From Octopus vulgaris (lineage: Eukaryota), in contig OX597814.1 of the NCBI GenBank assembly GCA_951406725.2, positions 155,000,001 to 155,064,000 on the forward strand: a stretch of DNA of 64,000 nucleotides, given 5' to 3'. The stretch's first letter is position 1; the number at the start of each line of letters is the position of its first letter. The position numbers were made by a program, and so were the translations under genes. The notes under the pieces are model-generated. The model did no database searches, was not told where the DNA came from, and was given only the letters and a program-made list of their open reading frames with translations. This document shows, piece by piece, positions 13,100 to 25,815 of this stretch.

Positions 13100-13238
13100 A
13101 GCGCTCACTATTTTCCTCTCATATGGCAAAGGTAAATCTTTTTGTCCGCTCTGTAACGAAGAACAATTTCTCATCCTTATCTCGGAGAATATTCTTGTAA
13201 ACACGTTTAAAGAATGCGTTTATCGTTGTAAACGTTGA
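13100..13238 (+). pseudogene. C-terminal remnant of a Penelope-like ORF (cysteine motif after GIY-YIG)
   Basis: YGKGKSFCPLCNEEQFLILISENILVNTFKECVYRCKR resembles the CxLCxxE..I..LN.xxE...C motif that ends many PLE ORFs. Confidence 0.5.
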
Positions 13239-13686
13239 CAAAAACATACCTTTACTTCCTATAAGTAATTTCTACCAGTCTATAAAATTCAACCTTTAAC
13301 TGTCTTACATTTCATTTCCACTACATATATCTATTTCCACGCTTTATTATTTTTACCTTAAGCTTTATTCCTATTACACTGTATTTCGCCACTCTTAATT
13401 TTCTGTTAACTTCTTTTTCCTTCTTCTTTTTCTCTAAATTTGACGTTATATCTATTAACAGTTAAAAAAAAACAACTTGCCAGCGTTCCCCTGCATCATA
13501 TACGCAGTAAAATGGTTAAAGTGGCTTATTAATGCATTTTGTGACTCTTTTTTTTTTCCGTGACGAGATAATTGCATTGTTTTACATCATTTTATTCCCT
13601 CCGAAATAATATAAATGTTTTCTTCGAAATATATGTCAGAAGTATAACGATTTGAATAATACCTGCGTTTGACTCCATTTCTTAAT

Positions 13687-13766
<80 letters not shown>

Positions 13767-13884
13767 ATATTAATTGTATAATACACACACACACATAAGT
13801 ATAATATAAATAATATATATATGCATATATATATGCATATATACATACATAAATTTACATATTTACATATATATCTATATACAT

Positions 13885-14615
13885 AATCATATATGGGTAC
13901 AGGACGTCATAGAACGTAAACAGCATGAAATAGGAAAACAACAGGGAAACACGAAATACGAAAACAAGGAATACAAACAGTTTTTTTGCGAACAACGAAA
14001 GAATGAAATGATAAACAAGGCAAGCTACATAACGAACGACCCTTCATCATTTGTCGACTGTTTTTCTACTCCGTATTTTGAGCAATTCCTGATAAGATAC
14101 GTCTTCGACAAAACAGTTGTTCCTGCAAAGCAAATTAAATAAAATTTGGGATTTTGCGTAGGGTCACAGTTGGTGACAATAATAGGACAGTGAAACAAAT
14201 AGAAAGGGCTGCTAAGCCTTAAGGAGGTGGCGAACGCTGGGGGAACAAGCTTTGACAGGAGAGAGACAAGAATGCGTCTGATCTCTGCCGCTGATTAGCA
14301 GGAAAGAAAGAAACTCAAGTTAAGAAAAGTAAGATGGCTGATGGTCACGTGCGAGCAACGAGAAAGCAAAGGAGGAAGAGTGAGGGAGAGAGAGGGATAG
14401 ACAGAGAACGGCGAAGGGGAGACGAAAAAAATTAGAGAAAGGATGAGAAAAACAAAAGAGGGAGAAAGAGAGATAAAAACAATTAGAGAAAGCAAGAGAG
14501 AGGAAACGAAAGGGGTAAGAGAAAGAGACATAGGAATAGAGATGGTAATAGAATAAGAGTCGTATCGAAATTATTAAGATAAAACTTACTTGGAAATGGA
14601 TGCGTGGCGTTCAAT
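13885..14615 (-). mobile_element. Family B non-autonomous repeat (homolog 43295-44003)
   Basis: Shared ATATGGGTACAGGACGTCA, GACCCTTCATCA, GATGGTCACGT..GAGCAACGAGA and TTACTTGGAAAT.GATGC.TGGCGTTCAATCA. Confidence 0.8.
14044..14122 (-). ncRNA. Rearranged hammerhead motif, family B, inactivated core
   Basis: GAACA-a-CTGTTTT..CGTATC^TTATC..TGCTC-AAAA-TACG..AAAACAG..GACAA-ATGATGA (C3>A, G12>A). Confidence 0.6.
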
Positions 14616-14674
14616 CATACAATAATAATAATAATAATAATAATAATATATATATATATTATTTTTCATTCTTG

Positions 14675-14897
14675 TATTTGTTTCAGCCATTTGACTGCGG
14701 CCAAGCTGGAGCACCGCCTTTAGTAGATCGAATCGACCCTTGTGCTTATTCTTTGTAAGCCTAGTACTTATCCTATCGGTCTCTTTTGCTGAACCGCTAA
14801 TTTACGAGGGACGTAAAACCACCAACATCAGTTGTCAAGCGATGGCCAGGGAGGGAGCAAATACACACACACACACACATGCACACACACACACACA

Positions 14898-14928
<31 letters not shown>

Positions 14929-15081
14929 CAACAGACATACGACGCGTTTCTTTCAGTTTCCGCCTACCAAATCCACTCACAAGCTTTTGGTCGGCGCGAG
15001 ACTATAGTAGAATAAACATGCCCAAAGTGCCACGTAGTGGGATTGAACCCGCGACCATGTGGTTGGTAAGCCACGCCTGCA

Positions 15082-15084
<3 letters not shown>
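14675..15084 (-). mobile_element. SINE family 1
   Basis: Reverse complement of the 17383-17790 type, with an internal (CA)n. Confidence 0.8.
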
Positions 15085-15133
<49 letters not shown>

Positions 15134-15621
15134 TATGTGTGTGTCTGTATTTGCCCCCCCCCCCAATTTTATTCTATATTAGATGTAAATTTAATAGTGT
15201 TCACTTCCGGACTCTCTCACTCTATGAGGGTTTTCTGGAGAATGTCTATTTTGGATATATTTGGGGTACTTAATTGTGCTCCATGACTTAGTGTTTGCTT
15301 CTTCCATGGGTACAATTAAGTATTTCATTTATTTCTTTGCCGCATTTATCACCGACAAAGAGAAGGTTCTTATGAATTAACTCTGAAATCGGGTCCGATA
15401 TGGTAATAACTGAATTATTTAGAAATTTCTGCTGGCTTTCTGCGATACGCGTGCGTATAGTGATAAATTATATGGTTATGGACGATGTGTCTAGTTTCGG
15501 CATATTTGGCATTAGAATTGTTTTTTTCTTTTGCCTTTGTTTATAAGTCGTTTATAAATTTAACCTTTAAATGTATTTTTAATATGCTGGCCATTGATAA
15601 AATTTTTTCGTAAAATTTTAT

Positions 15622-15702
<81 letters not shown>

Positions 15703-16025
15703 TGTATGTATGTATGTATGTATGGATTTATGTATGTATGTATGTATGTATGTATGTATGCGTGTGTGTGTGTGTGTGTTTGTGTGTCTTGACAACCGAT
15801 GTTGGTGAAGTTTATGCCTCTGTAACTTAACGGTTCGGCAAAAGAGAACGATAGAATAAGTACTAGGCATACAAAAGAATAAATCCAGGAGTCGATTTGT
15901 TCGACTAAAGCCGGTGCTCCAGCATGTATGTATATGTATGTGTATGTAGAAAGAGCGTGACAGTAAACGAAGAAAACCAGGACAGGCGGATAGATAGAAA
16001 GACAGACAGACAGACAGATAGAAAA

Positions 16026-16027
<2 letters not shown>

Positions 16028-16089
<62 letters not shown>

Positions 16090-16147
16090 GTGGACAGATA
16101 GACAGACAGATAGATAGACAGACAGACAGACAGACGGATAGACAGAC

Positions 16148-16211
<64 letters not shown>
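16028..16211. repeat. (GATA)n/(GACA)n microsatellite
   Basis: Direct runs. Confidence 0.9.
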
Positions 16212-16212
<1 letters not shown>

Positions 16213-16276
16213 CTAAATGAAATAAATACTAAATAGATTCAAACAATTGCAGAACGAAGTAGACAGATGGGAATTA

Positions 16277-16308
<32 letters not shown>

Positions 16309-16543
16309 GGAGAGAAAGAAGCGGATAGAAAGTGGAAGGGGAGAAAACGAGAGAGGGCAGAAGGAGGTGAGATCGTGTTAATTCACTTTATCAGTAGCCC
16401 TATTTGGGAGTGACTAGTTTACAGCATGACGTCTAATAGGCGAAGCTGTTTAGAAACATTGACAACAGGTGTGGTGTTAGGGCGAACAAATGTTTTTATA
16501 ATTGACCGACTATCTATCAACATCTTCATAGTTGTATTGGTGC

Positions 16544-16628
<85 letters not shown>

Positions 16629-16765
16629 TGATGTATAGTAGTAGATATTCGTTTGGGGAAGATGGTGATAATGGTGGATGCTTTTGTTAAGGTGGTAATA
16701 TGACTATCAGAGATAAATAGAGAAAGGCGGAAGTGAAATTGGAGTGAGAGAAGCTGGTTGGGAAT

Positions 16766-16824
<59 letters not shown>

Positions 16825-17180
16825 CGTTGCTATTATATCAAACTGTCGTATGTCCAAATTTGGCCAAATGCGTTTTTTTTTATTTTCAGTATTTATTTTT
16901 GTTTGCACTAGCTGGTTATTTTGGTCAAACTATCGTATCTCCAGTTGCTTCAGATGCCAAGGTGTCAAAAGTTGTACAACAGTTTTGCTATGGAATGGTG
17001 GAACTGTTTTCGTTTTCTGAAAAAGCAACGGTTTGGACTTACGACACTTTTGTATAATAAAAACGATATATATATAATATATATCGTTTTTATTATACAA
17101 AAGTGTCGTTCTGAAAAAGCAACGGTTCGGACTTGTGACACTTTTGTATGAGAAAAATTATATATACATATCAGTAATTC

Positions 17181-17252
17181 AGGTTCTACCGAGACTTAAA
17201 CTCGGATCTCTGGATTCAGAGTCCAGAGTGCTAACCATTACACCATAGAACC
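17181..17252 (-). pseudogene. tRNA-Gln(CTG) copy with T-loop mutation (TTT for TTC)
   Basis: GGTTCTATGGTGTAATGGTTAGCACTCTGGACTCTGAATCCAGAGATCCGAGTTTAAGTCTCGGTAGAACCT; B-box C56 lost. Confidence 0.8.
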
Positions 17253-17353
17253 TGCTACCGAATAACTGCCACATATTACATTTACGGATAAATTCCTCTA
17301 TTTACATAATATCGCGGTCTCTATTATTCTTTTGTTATCTTACCCTTTTATCA

Positions 17354-17382
<29 letters not shown>

Positions 17383-17385
<3 letters not shown>

Positions 17386-17790
17386 GTGGCTGTGTGGTAA
17401 GTAGCTTGCTAACCAACCACATGGTTCCGAGTTCAGTCCCACTGCGTGGCATCTTGGGCAAGTGTCTTCTGCTATAGCCTCGGGCCGACCAATGCCTTGT
17501 GAGTGGATTTGGTAGACGGAAACTGAAAGAAGCCTGTCGTATATATGTATATATATGTATGTGCGTGTTTGTGTGTCTGTGTTTGTCCCCCTAGCATTGC
17601 TTGACAACCGATGCTGGTGTGTTTACATCCCCGTCACTTAGCGGTTCGGCAAAAGAGACCGATAGAATAAGTACTGGGCTTACAAAGAATAAGTCCCGGG
17701 GTCGATTTGCTCGACTAAAAGGTGGTGCTCCAGCATGGCCGCAGTCAAATGACTGAAACAAATAAAAGAGTAAAGAGTAAAGAGTAAGAG
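17383..17790 (+). mobile_element. Near full-length SINE family 1 inserted in (TA)n
   Basis: GTGGCTGTGTGG (A box) ... GAGTTCAGTCC (B box) ... GACTGAAACA plus a TAAAGAG repeat tail. Confidence 0.85.
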
Positions 17791-17929
17791 TATATGTTTG
17801 TGTGTGTGTGTGTGTGTGTGTGAGTAAATGAATGAATGAATTATCCTTTGTTTACAGTTAACATGGAAAATTCAATAAACAGTTACCAGGATAGTAAGAA
17901 TAACACCTGCTTTCAACTCCATTTATTTA

Positions 17930-17971
<42 letters not shown>

Positions 17972-18020
17972 AGTGGATTTGGTAGACGGAAACTGAAATA
18001 AGCCTGTCGTATATATGTAT

Positions 18021-18190
18021 TCGAAACGTTTAGTAGATGAAACCTTAACGACTGAAGAAGGGGATTTTTCGTTGTGCTTATTGTCCTGTATCTCTTTTTT
18101 TGCTTGTCTTGTTCCTTGGTTTGTGTCTATGTTTTTCGTCTCTCTATGTGTTCGACGTCTTTTTGGTGTCCTGTACACATATATGCGTGT
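18021..18190 (+). mobile_element. 3' fragment of a family-B-like repeat with the GAAA...CTGAAGA half of the rearranged hammerhead
   Basis: TC-GAAA-CG...CTGAAGA-AGGG, then a tail ending GTCCTGTACACATATATGC like the family B tails. Confidence 0.5.
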
Positions 18191-18255
18191 ATATGTACAT
18201 GTAGAGGTAGGTACGTACATATATGTTTATATACATGCATATGTTCTATTTTATT

Positions 18256-18318
<63 letters not shown>

Positions 18319-18622
18319 TTGTGTGTCTGTGTTTGTCTCCCTAGCATTGCTTGACAACCGATGCTGGTGTGTTTACGTCCCCGTCACCTAGCGGTTCGGC
18401 AAAAGAGACCGATAGAATAAGTACTGGGCTTGCAAAGAATAAGTCCCGGGGTCGATTTGCTCGACTAAAGGCGGCGGTGCTCTAGCATGGCCGCAGCCAA
18501 ATGACTGAAACAAGTAAAAGAGTAAAGAGTATATCGTTTTTATTATACAAAAGTGTCGTTCTGAAAAAGCAACGGTTCGGACTTGTGACACTTTTGTATA
18601 ATAAAAATTATATATACATATC

Positions 18623-18693
18623 AGGTTCTACCGAGACTTGAACTCGGATCTCTGGATTCAGAGTCCAGAGTGCTAACCATTACACCATTAACC
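18623..18693 (-). pseudogene. tRNA-Gln(CTG) copy with damaged acceptor stem
   Basis: 5' end GGTTAATGG instead of GGTTCTATGG (71 nt); the rest is intact. Confidence 0.8.
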
Positions 18694-18935
18694 TGCTACC
18701 GAATGTCACATATTACATTTACGGATAAATTCCTCTATTTACATAATATCGCGGTCTCTATTATTCTTTTGTTATCTTACCCTTTTATCAAATATATATA
18801 TATATGTGTTTGTGTGTGTGTGTGTGTGAGTAAATGAATGAATGAATTATCCTTTGTTTACAGTTAACATGGAAAATTCAATAAACAGTTACCAGGATAT
18901 TAAGAATAACACCTGCTTTCAACTCCATTTATTTA

Positions 18936-18973
<38 letters not shown>

Positions 18974-19013
18974 AGTGGATTTGGTAGACGGAAACTGAAA
19001 TAAGCCTGTCGTA

Positions 19014-19060
<47 letters not shown>

Positions 19061-19372
19061 TTGTGTGTCTGTGTTTGTCTCCCTAGCATTGCTTGACAAC
19101 CGATGCTGGTGTGTTTACGTCCCCATCACTTAGCGGTTCTGCAAAAGAGACCGATAGAATAAGTACTGGGCTTACAAAGAATAAGTCCCGGGGTCGATTT
19201 GCTCGACTAAAGGCGGCGGTGCTCTAGCATGGCCGCAGTCAAATGACTGAAACAAGTAAAAGAGTAAAGAGTATATCGTTTTTATTATACAAAAGTGTCG
19301 TTCTGAAAAAGCAACGGTTCGGACTTGTGACACTTTTGTATAATAAAAATTATATATACATATCTGTAAATC

Positions 19373-19444
19373 AGGTTCTACCGAGACTTGAACTCGGATC
19401 GCTGGATTCAGAGTCCAGAGTGCTAACCATTACACCATAGAACC
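19373..19444 (-). tRNA. tRNA-Gln (anticodon CTG), intact
   Basis: GGTTCTA/TAGAACC acceptor stem, CTGGA-CT-CTG-AA-TCCAG anticodon arm, CCGAG-TTCAAGT-CTCGG T arm; TTTTT terminator about 23 nt downstream; matches metazoan tRNA-Gln. Confidence 0.93.
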
Positions 19445-19559
19445 TGCTACTGAATAACTGTCACATATTACATTTACAGATAAATTCCTCTATTTACATA
19501 ATATCGCGGTCTCTTTCATTCTTTTGTTATCTTACCATTTTTATCAATGTATATATATA

Positions 19560-19613
<54 letters not shown>

Positions 19614-19811
19614 TGTGTGTGTGTAAATGGATGAATGAATTATCCTTTGTTTACAGTTAACATGGAAAATTCAATAAACAGTTACCAGGGTAGTATGAAT
19701 AACACCTGCTTTCAACTCCATTTATTTACTTATATATATATATATATATGTGTGTGTGAGTGGATTTGGTAGACGGAAACTGAAAGAAGCCTGTCGTATA
19801 TATGTGTATAA

Positions 19812-19859
<48 letters not shown>

Positions 19860-20066
19860 TTGTGTGTCTGTGTTTGTCTCCCTAGCATTGCTTGACAACC
19901 GATGCTGGTGTGTTTACGTCCCCGTCACCTAGCGGTTAGGCAAAAGAGACCGATAGAATAAGTACTGGGGTTACAAAGAATAAGTCCCGGGGTCGATTTG
20001 CTCGACTAAAGGCGGTGCTCTAGCATGGTGCAGTCAAATGACTGAAACAAGTAAAAGAGTAAAAGA

Positions 20067-20135
<69 letters not shown>

Positions 20136-20601
20136 GTTTTTATTATACTAAAGTGTCGTAAGTCCAAACCGTTACTTTTTCAGAAAACGAAAACTGTTCT
20201 ACCATTCCATAGCAAAACCGTTGTATATATATATATATATATAAACATATATCGTTTACTTTTTTCAGTCATTAAACTGCAGGCTTACTGGGGCGTCGCC
20301 TTGAATAAGTTTTGTCAAACGAATCGAGTCCAGGTCTTTGTAGTTTTCGTCACTATTTACAATTATCTTTAAAAAATTTTTGTAATGTATCATATAGATA
20401 TAATTTGACGCTGAATCCGACTTAGTTATTCATTTATTCTAGAAAAATTTTTGCAAAAATGTTACTGGTATTCAAAGTTTGATAATTTTCAGAATTTCCA
20501 GCCAGTCAGAAAACAGCGCGTTCGCTGCCTCTTCAATCATCGGGAGGGGGTGGGCATCGGCATGTCAAAACATTAAAGCTACATTAAACTGAAAAACATG
20601 A

Positions 20602-20842
20602 AAACATTCGCGAGCAAATTAAATATTCAGAAGCTACGAACAAACTAGCAGGAGTTGCTAGAAATAACAGTCAAAACATTAAAATATACAGGAGCAAAGT
20701 TAACATTAAAGCATTCGCGAGCAAATTAAATATTCAGACGCTACGAACAAACTAATAGGAGTTGCTAGAAATAAGAGTCAAAACATTAAAATAGAACGAG
20801 CAAAGTTAACATTTAAACATTCGCGAGCAAATTAAATATTCA
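20602..20842. repeat. About 107 bp tandem repeat, roughly 2.3 copies
   Basis: CATTCGCGAGCAAATTAAATATTCA recurs at about 20605, 20712 and 20818. Confidence 0.8.
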
Positions 20843-20999
20843 AAGAGCTAGTATAAAGATCAACTGTATCTGCAATTTTAAACCTATCTCTAAACATAAA
20901 CCTGAACTTGAAAATAAAAGTATACATAAGCTAATAACTAATACTTACCTTTAAACCCCTCTCTATCACTAATCTTATGCTAATCCTGAATCAAAATGC

Positions 21000-21079
<80 letters not shown>

Positions 21080-21081
<2 letters not shown>

Positions 21082-21973
21082 GGACAACTTCCAGAGATCC
21101 CTGGCCTGGCGGTGCTACCGAGAAGCGCTACCCGTTCGGGATAAGCTCTATAGGCATGGCTCGAGAAACACGCGGCCGACCTGCCCGAGATGCGGGCAGA
21201 GCGACGAAACCGCTCTGCACGCAATCGTGCAGTGTCCAGCAATTTCCCACCTGTGGGCTTATGTCGAACGACTGCTGTCACGTGTGGAACGTGTCGGTTT
21301 ATCAGCCGAGTCTATCGTTAATATCGTCACGCCTCCTTCCTTCAAACGGGAAGGAAGAGCTATTTTTATCATACTTGTGGCTATGGCGAAAGAATGTATC
21401 TGGTGGACGCGTCTGAAAGGATTAGAGACAAACACTTTCCTCTCTGGTCAATCTCTCATCAACTTCTTCAAGTATCACTTGAAGAAAAAAGTGAGAGTAG
21501 AGAGGCAAGTTTTGTCTAGTGAATGTTTTAAAAAAAGATGGGTGAATATAGCAAGGATGGCACGTATGAATGACGAAGCAACCTTGACTATGATTCTATG
21601 AACCGTAAAAATTAAGACAGAGAGTTGCTTATTTGCAAAAAAAAAAAGAAAAAAAAGAAATATAACATGTGACTTCATTGACCGAGGTTACCGTGGTCTT
21701 TTCCGTAGGCTTTTCTTTCCACGGGTAAACCTCACCTGTCCTCCCCTTTACACTTCATATTGACATTTCTGTGATAACGATCCCTATTGATCAATTTTTT
21801 TCCTCTCCCCCTTTTTTTTTAACCCCCCCTTTTTTTGTCCTCTTTCTCTCCTTTTACGATCCCTTTTGATCGACTCCCCCCCCTTTTTTTTTTTTTTTTT
21901 ACCTTCAAAAGAAAAGCTCTACCTTGTAATTTGTTCTATCTGTGTGCAGCCCTGTGTGGCTAATAAAGAAACA
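21080..21973 (+). mobile_element. 5'-truncated L1/Tx1-like LINE: ORF2 C-terminus (zf-RVT) + 3' UTR, inserted in (TATC)n
   Basis: Open frame to TGA at 21601 with LAWR..ALP..CPRC...ETALH...C...W (CCHC zf-RVT); AATAAA at 21962 directly before (TATC)n. Confidence 0.85.
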
Positions 21974-22002
21974 TATCTATCTGTCTGTCTGTCTGTCTAT
22001 CT

Positions 22003-22438
22003 GTAGCAAGAATGGCACGTATGAATGACGAAGCCACCTTGAGCATAATCCTATGAACCCAGAAATTGAAAACAGAGATTTGCTTCTTTGCAAAAAAAAA
22101 AAAAAAAAAAAAAGAAATATAAAATGTGAATTCATTGACCGAGGTTACCGTGGTCTTTTCCGTAGGCTTTTCTTTCCACGGGTAAACCTCACCTGTCCTC
22201 CCCTTTACACTTCATATTGACATTTCTGTGATAACGATCCCTATTGATCAATTTTTCTTTCCTCTCCTCCCTTTTTTTAACCCCCCCTTTTTTGTCCTCT
22301 TTCTCTCCTTTTACGATCCCTTTTGATCGAAACTCCCCCCCTTTCCTTTTTTTCTTTTTTTTTAAACCTTCAAAAGAAAAGCTCTACCTTGTAATTTGTT
22401 CTATCTGTGTGCAGCCCTGTGTGGCTAATAAAGAAACA
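22003..22438 (+). mobile_element. Second, shorter 5'-truncated copy of the same Tx1-like LINE
   Basis: Near-identical ORF end and 3' UTR, with the same AATAAAGAAACA end followed by (TATC)n. Confidence 0.85.
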
Positions 22439-22790
<352 letters not shown>

Positions 22791-23049
22791 CGTCCGTATG
22801 TCTATCTACCTGTGTATACTGGATTTTTAATCAGCCAGTAGGTTAACTGCAATATCATTGAAAGTTTTATTCGCTTTTTCCAATATTAGAGACGACAAAT
22901 TTGACAGTAATTCGAATTTACCATTTTGAATCTCCGTGAAAATTGTAAAATTTTGACTGAAAATTGCTGTTTTCCTTAATTAAGGATTGGTAAATTTGAC
23001 AAACATCGGAAAATACTGGGCTATTTCACAGCTTGATTGATCTCTTGCT

Positions 23050-23510
23050 AATGATTCAAATATTAAGTTCAGTAGTAACCCTCGTCTAAATACAATTCTG
23101 AGTCCAACAACACCAAGAAATCTAAAAATAACCTTAACCGCCATCTTAAGTTAATCTATGTATTAACACTAACTTTAACAATATTTCTAAACTTAAAACT
23201 GAACCTTATTCTCTAAGGCTCAATTTGGCTATAAACCTGATTTTAAAAGTATAACTGAAACTAATATCAAGTCTAACATTGCCATAACTATAACAATGTG
23301 CTAGTATAAAGATCACTGTATCTGCAATTTTAAACCTATCTCTAAACATAAACCTGGTGGCTCTGTGGTAAGTAGCTTGTTTACCAACCACATGGCTCCG
23401 GGTTCAGTCCCACTGCATGCCACCTTGGGCGAGTGTCTTCTACTATAGCTTCAGGCCGACCAAAACCTTGTGAGTGGATTTGGTAGACGGAAACTGAAAG
23501 AAGCCCGTCG

Positions 23511-23573
<63 letters not shown>

Positions 23574-25815
23574 ATGTTTGTGTATCTGTGTTTGTCCCCC
23601 AAGCATTGCTTGACAACCGATGCTGGTGTGTTTATGTCCCCGTCACTTAGCGGTTCGGCAAAAGAGACCGATAGAATAAGTACTGGGCTTACAAAGAATA
23701 AGTCCCGGGGTCGAGTTGCTCGACTAAAGGTGGTGCTGACTGAAACAAGTAAAAGAGTTAGAGTATAAGCTAATACCTAATACTTACCTTTAAACCCCTC
23801 TCTATCACTAAGCTTACGCTAATCCTGAATCAAAATCTTCAATTAAAATTGTCTCTAATTTCAACATGAAAATTAGCTCACTATCTTTTAGCTCAGTCCA
23901 TTCTAAAACTCTGATCATAAAATGAACCCGAATATTGTACTTAATCCCAATACGAATTCTAAAACTAAACCTTGAACATTAACACAGACCATAAATTCAA
24001 CTATACCGAAAACCTAAGACTGGTCATAACCCAAATAACGTATGTAAACATTAACTAATTATCAAACCAGCTAATTCAGCGCAGAGCGCATCTTCAGCCT
24101 TAACACTAATCCCCCCACCCCATACTTAAATACAAAGGTGACACAAAACCTAAAATTAACTTAAATTCTAACCTCTATCTTAACCCTCATCTTGAAACCA
24201 AACTTCGCTCGAGAACTAAAAAAGTACCTAGCCATAAACATAACACTAACTGTATGTTTAAATCTAAAATAAACTACAGCCTAACACCAACATTGAAGCC
24301 ATATCCAAACTTAACCCACTAACCCTTAAATCTAAGCTTAGCTTAGCTCTCAAGTCGAGGCTAAAACCTAATATTTATGATAAACCTGATCCTAAAATTG
24401 ATACTATTATAAACTTGATCCTAACATTAATGAAACAAAAACACTATATCTAAGTTGAAACCAATAACTACTATGAAGCAAACACTAAATTAGACATAAT
24501 CTGAACGACATTGCTTGATTTAATTTAAAAGTTAGCGATAACCTTAGCATAACCTTAACCATATAGTAATAGTAACTATAAGCCAAGTCACAAATCTAAA
24601 ACTTGTGTTAATTTAATGCTAATCTTGGAACAAGTCATAGTCTGAAATTAACACTAAAGATAAAAATTAATCGTAAGACTAATGAATCTAATATTAAAGC
24701 TAAAGCAAGCATTTACACTAAGTTTAAACATTCACCGCTAAACTAAACACCATTATATTCCTTTACTAACACAAATCTAATACAGTCACAGCTCAAACAC
24801 GTAACATCAGCACTAGTTTTTCGCATTGCAATCACTACATCTAAGCATAAATCTAATAAACATTAAAACTAAACACCAGTTATCCTTAGCCCTGACTGTA
24901 GGCCTAAACCGGTCTCTAGCACTATCTCTAGCGGTCAAGCTAAATTTAACCATAAACCTAACCAAAATTACCAAAGATTAATTCTATCACTATTATTAAA
25001 ATTCAAGGGAACCGTGAAAAAGAGAATCCAAAGATAAATTTATAAGTAACCTTACTCCTAATCAATCCCTAATTTTAACACAGATAAAACCTAACATTAA
25101 ACGTAATAAAGACTCACCATAACCCTAAAACTAGAACTAAAACTAAATCTAACACTAGCCATAGTTCTAAACCGCAAATTAATCCTAACTTTAAAACTAA
25201 TTCCAGGATTAAACATAAAGTTTATCTTAGTTTAACTATAAAGCTGAACTTAACATAATCCAAAACACTAACCTTAAGCTTAACACAAGCCTTAAATTCT
25301 AATTCTAACTCTAACTTAGCGTAAATGATATTTAATTTAAAATATTAACCAAAAACCTAACCTAATATATATCTATGGTTATACTAAGTATAACCCTACA
25401 TATATATTTCCTGAGTTTAAATCAAAAATATTCCGAAGCATAAGTATATTTCCTACCCCGAATATAAACCTTACCTGAACAACAAAGCTAGCTTTATTCC
25501 GAAGACGAATAGTGATGAAACTATAACCCTAGCCCTATCACTTAATGCTAAACTAAACTCTATAACTCTAGTCCTTATCATAACCCTACCACAACCTAAT
25601 CATTAAACCTAAAATTTAGCCAATATGTAATCAACTTACCATACCACTACCCATGATATTAATCCTCAACTTATATTTACACTTAATCGAAGTCGTAATC
25701 GAAATCTTACCACTAAATCTAACGAACCCTAACTGGCCCTAAATCTTGCAATAATCTGTAGCACCACCTCTTAACCTAATTTTTAATCAAAACCCCATAC
25801 GCTAACTCTGTAACT
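23050..25815. repeat. Degenerate 6-bp-period A/C-rich tract (TAACCC/TAAACC-like)
   Basis: Recurrent TAA-NNN phase (TAAACC, TAACCC, TAATCC, TAACAC), low in G on the plus strand. Confidence 0.65.
23357..23764 (+). mobile_element. SINE family 1
   Basis: Same sequence as 17383-17790. Confidence 0.85.

Larger units (their letters stand above)
17083..20070. repeat. Composite tandem array of three units (about 0.74-1.45 kb): hairpin + tRNA-Gln + flank + (TG)n + repeat fragment + truncated SINE
   Basis: Units start at about 17083, 18531 and 19271 with near-identical blocks; unit 1 has extra insertions. Confidence 0.9.

Noticed and set aside
17083-20070. CRISPR-like or regularly spaced array
   Set aside because: The units are whole duplicated blocks with no unique spacers, there are no cas genes, and the context is eukaryotic.
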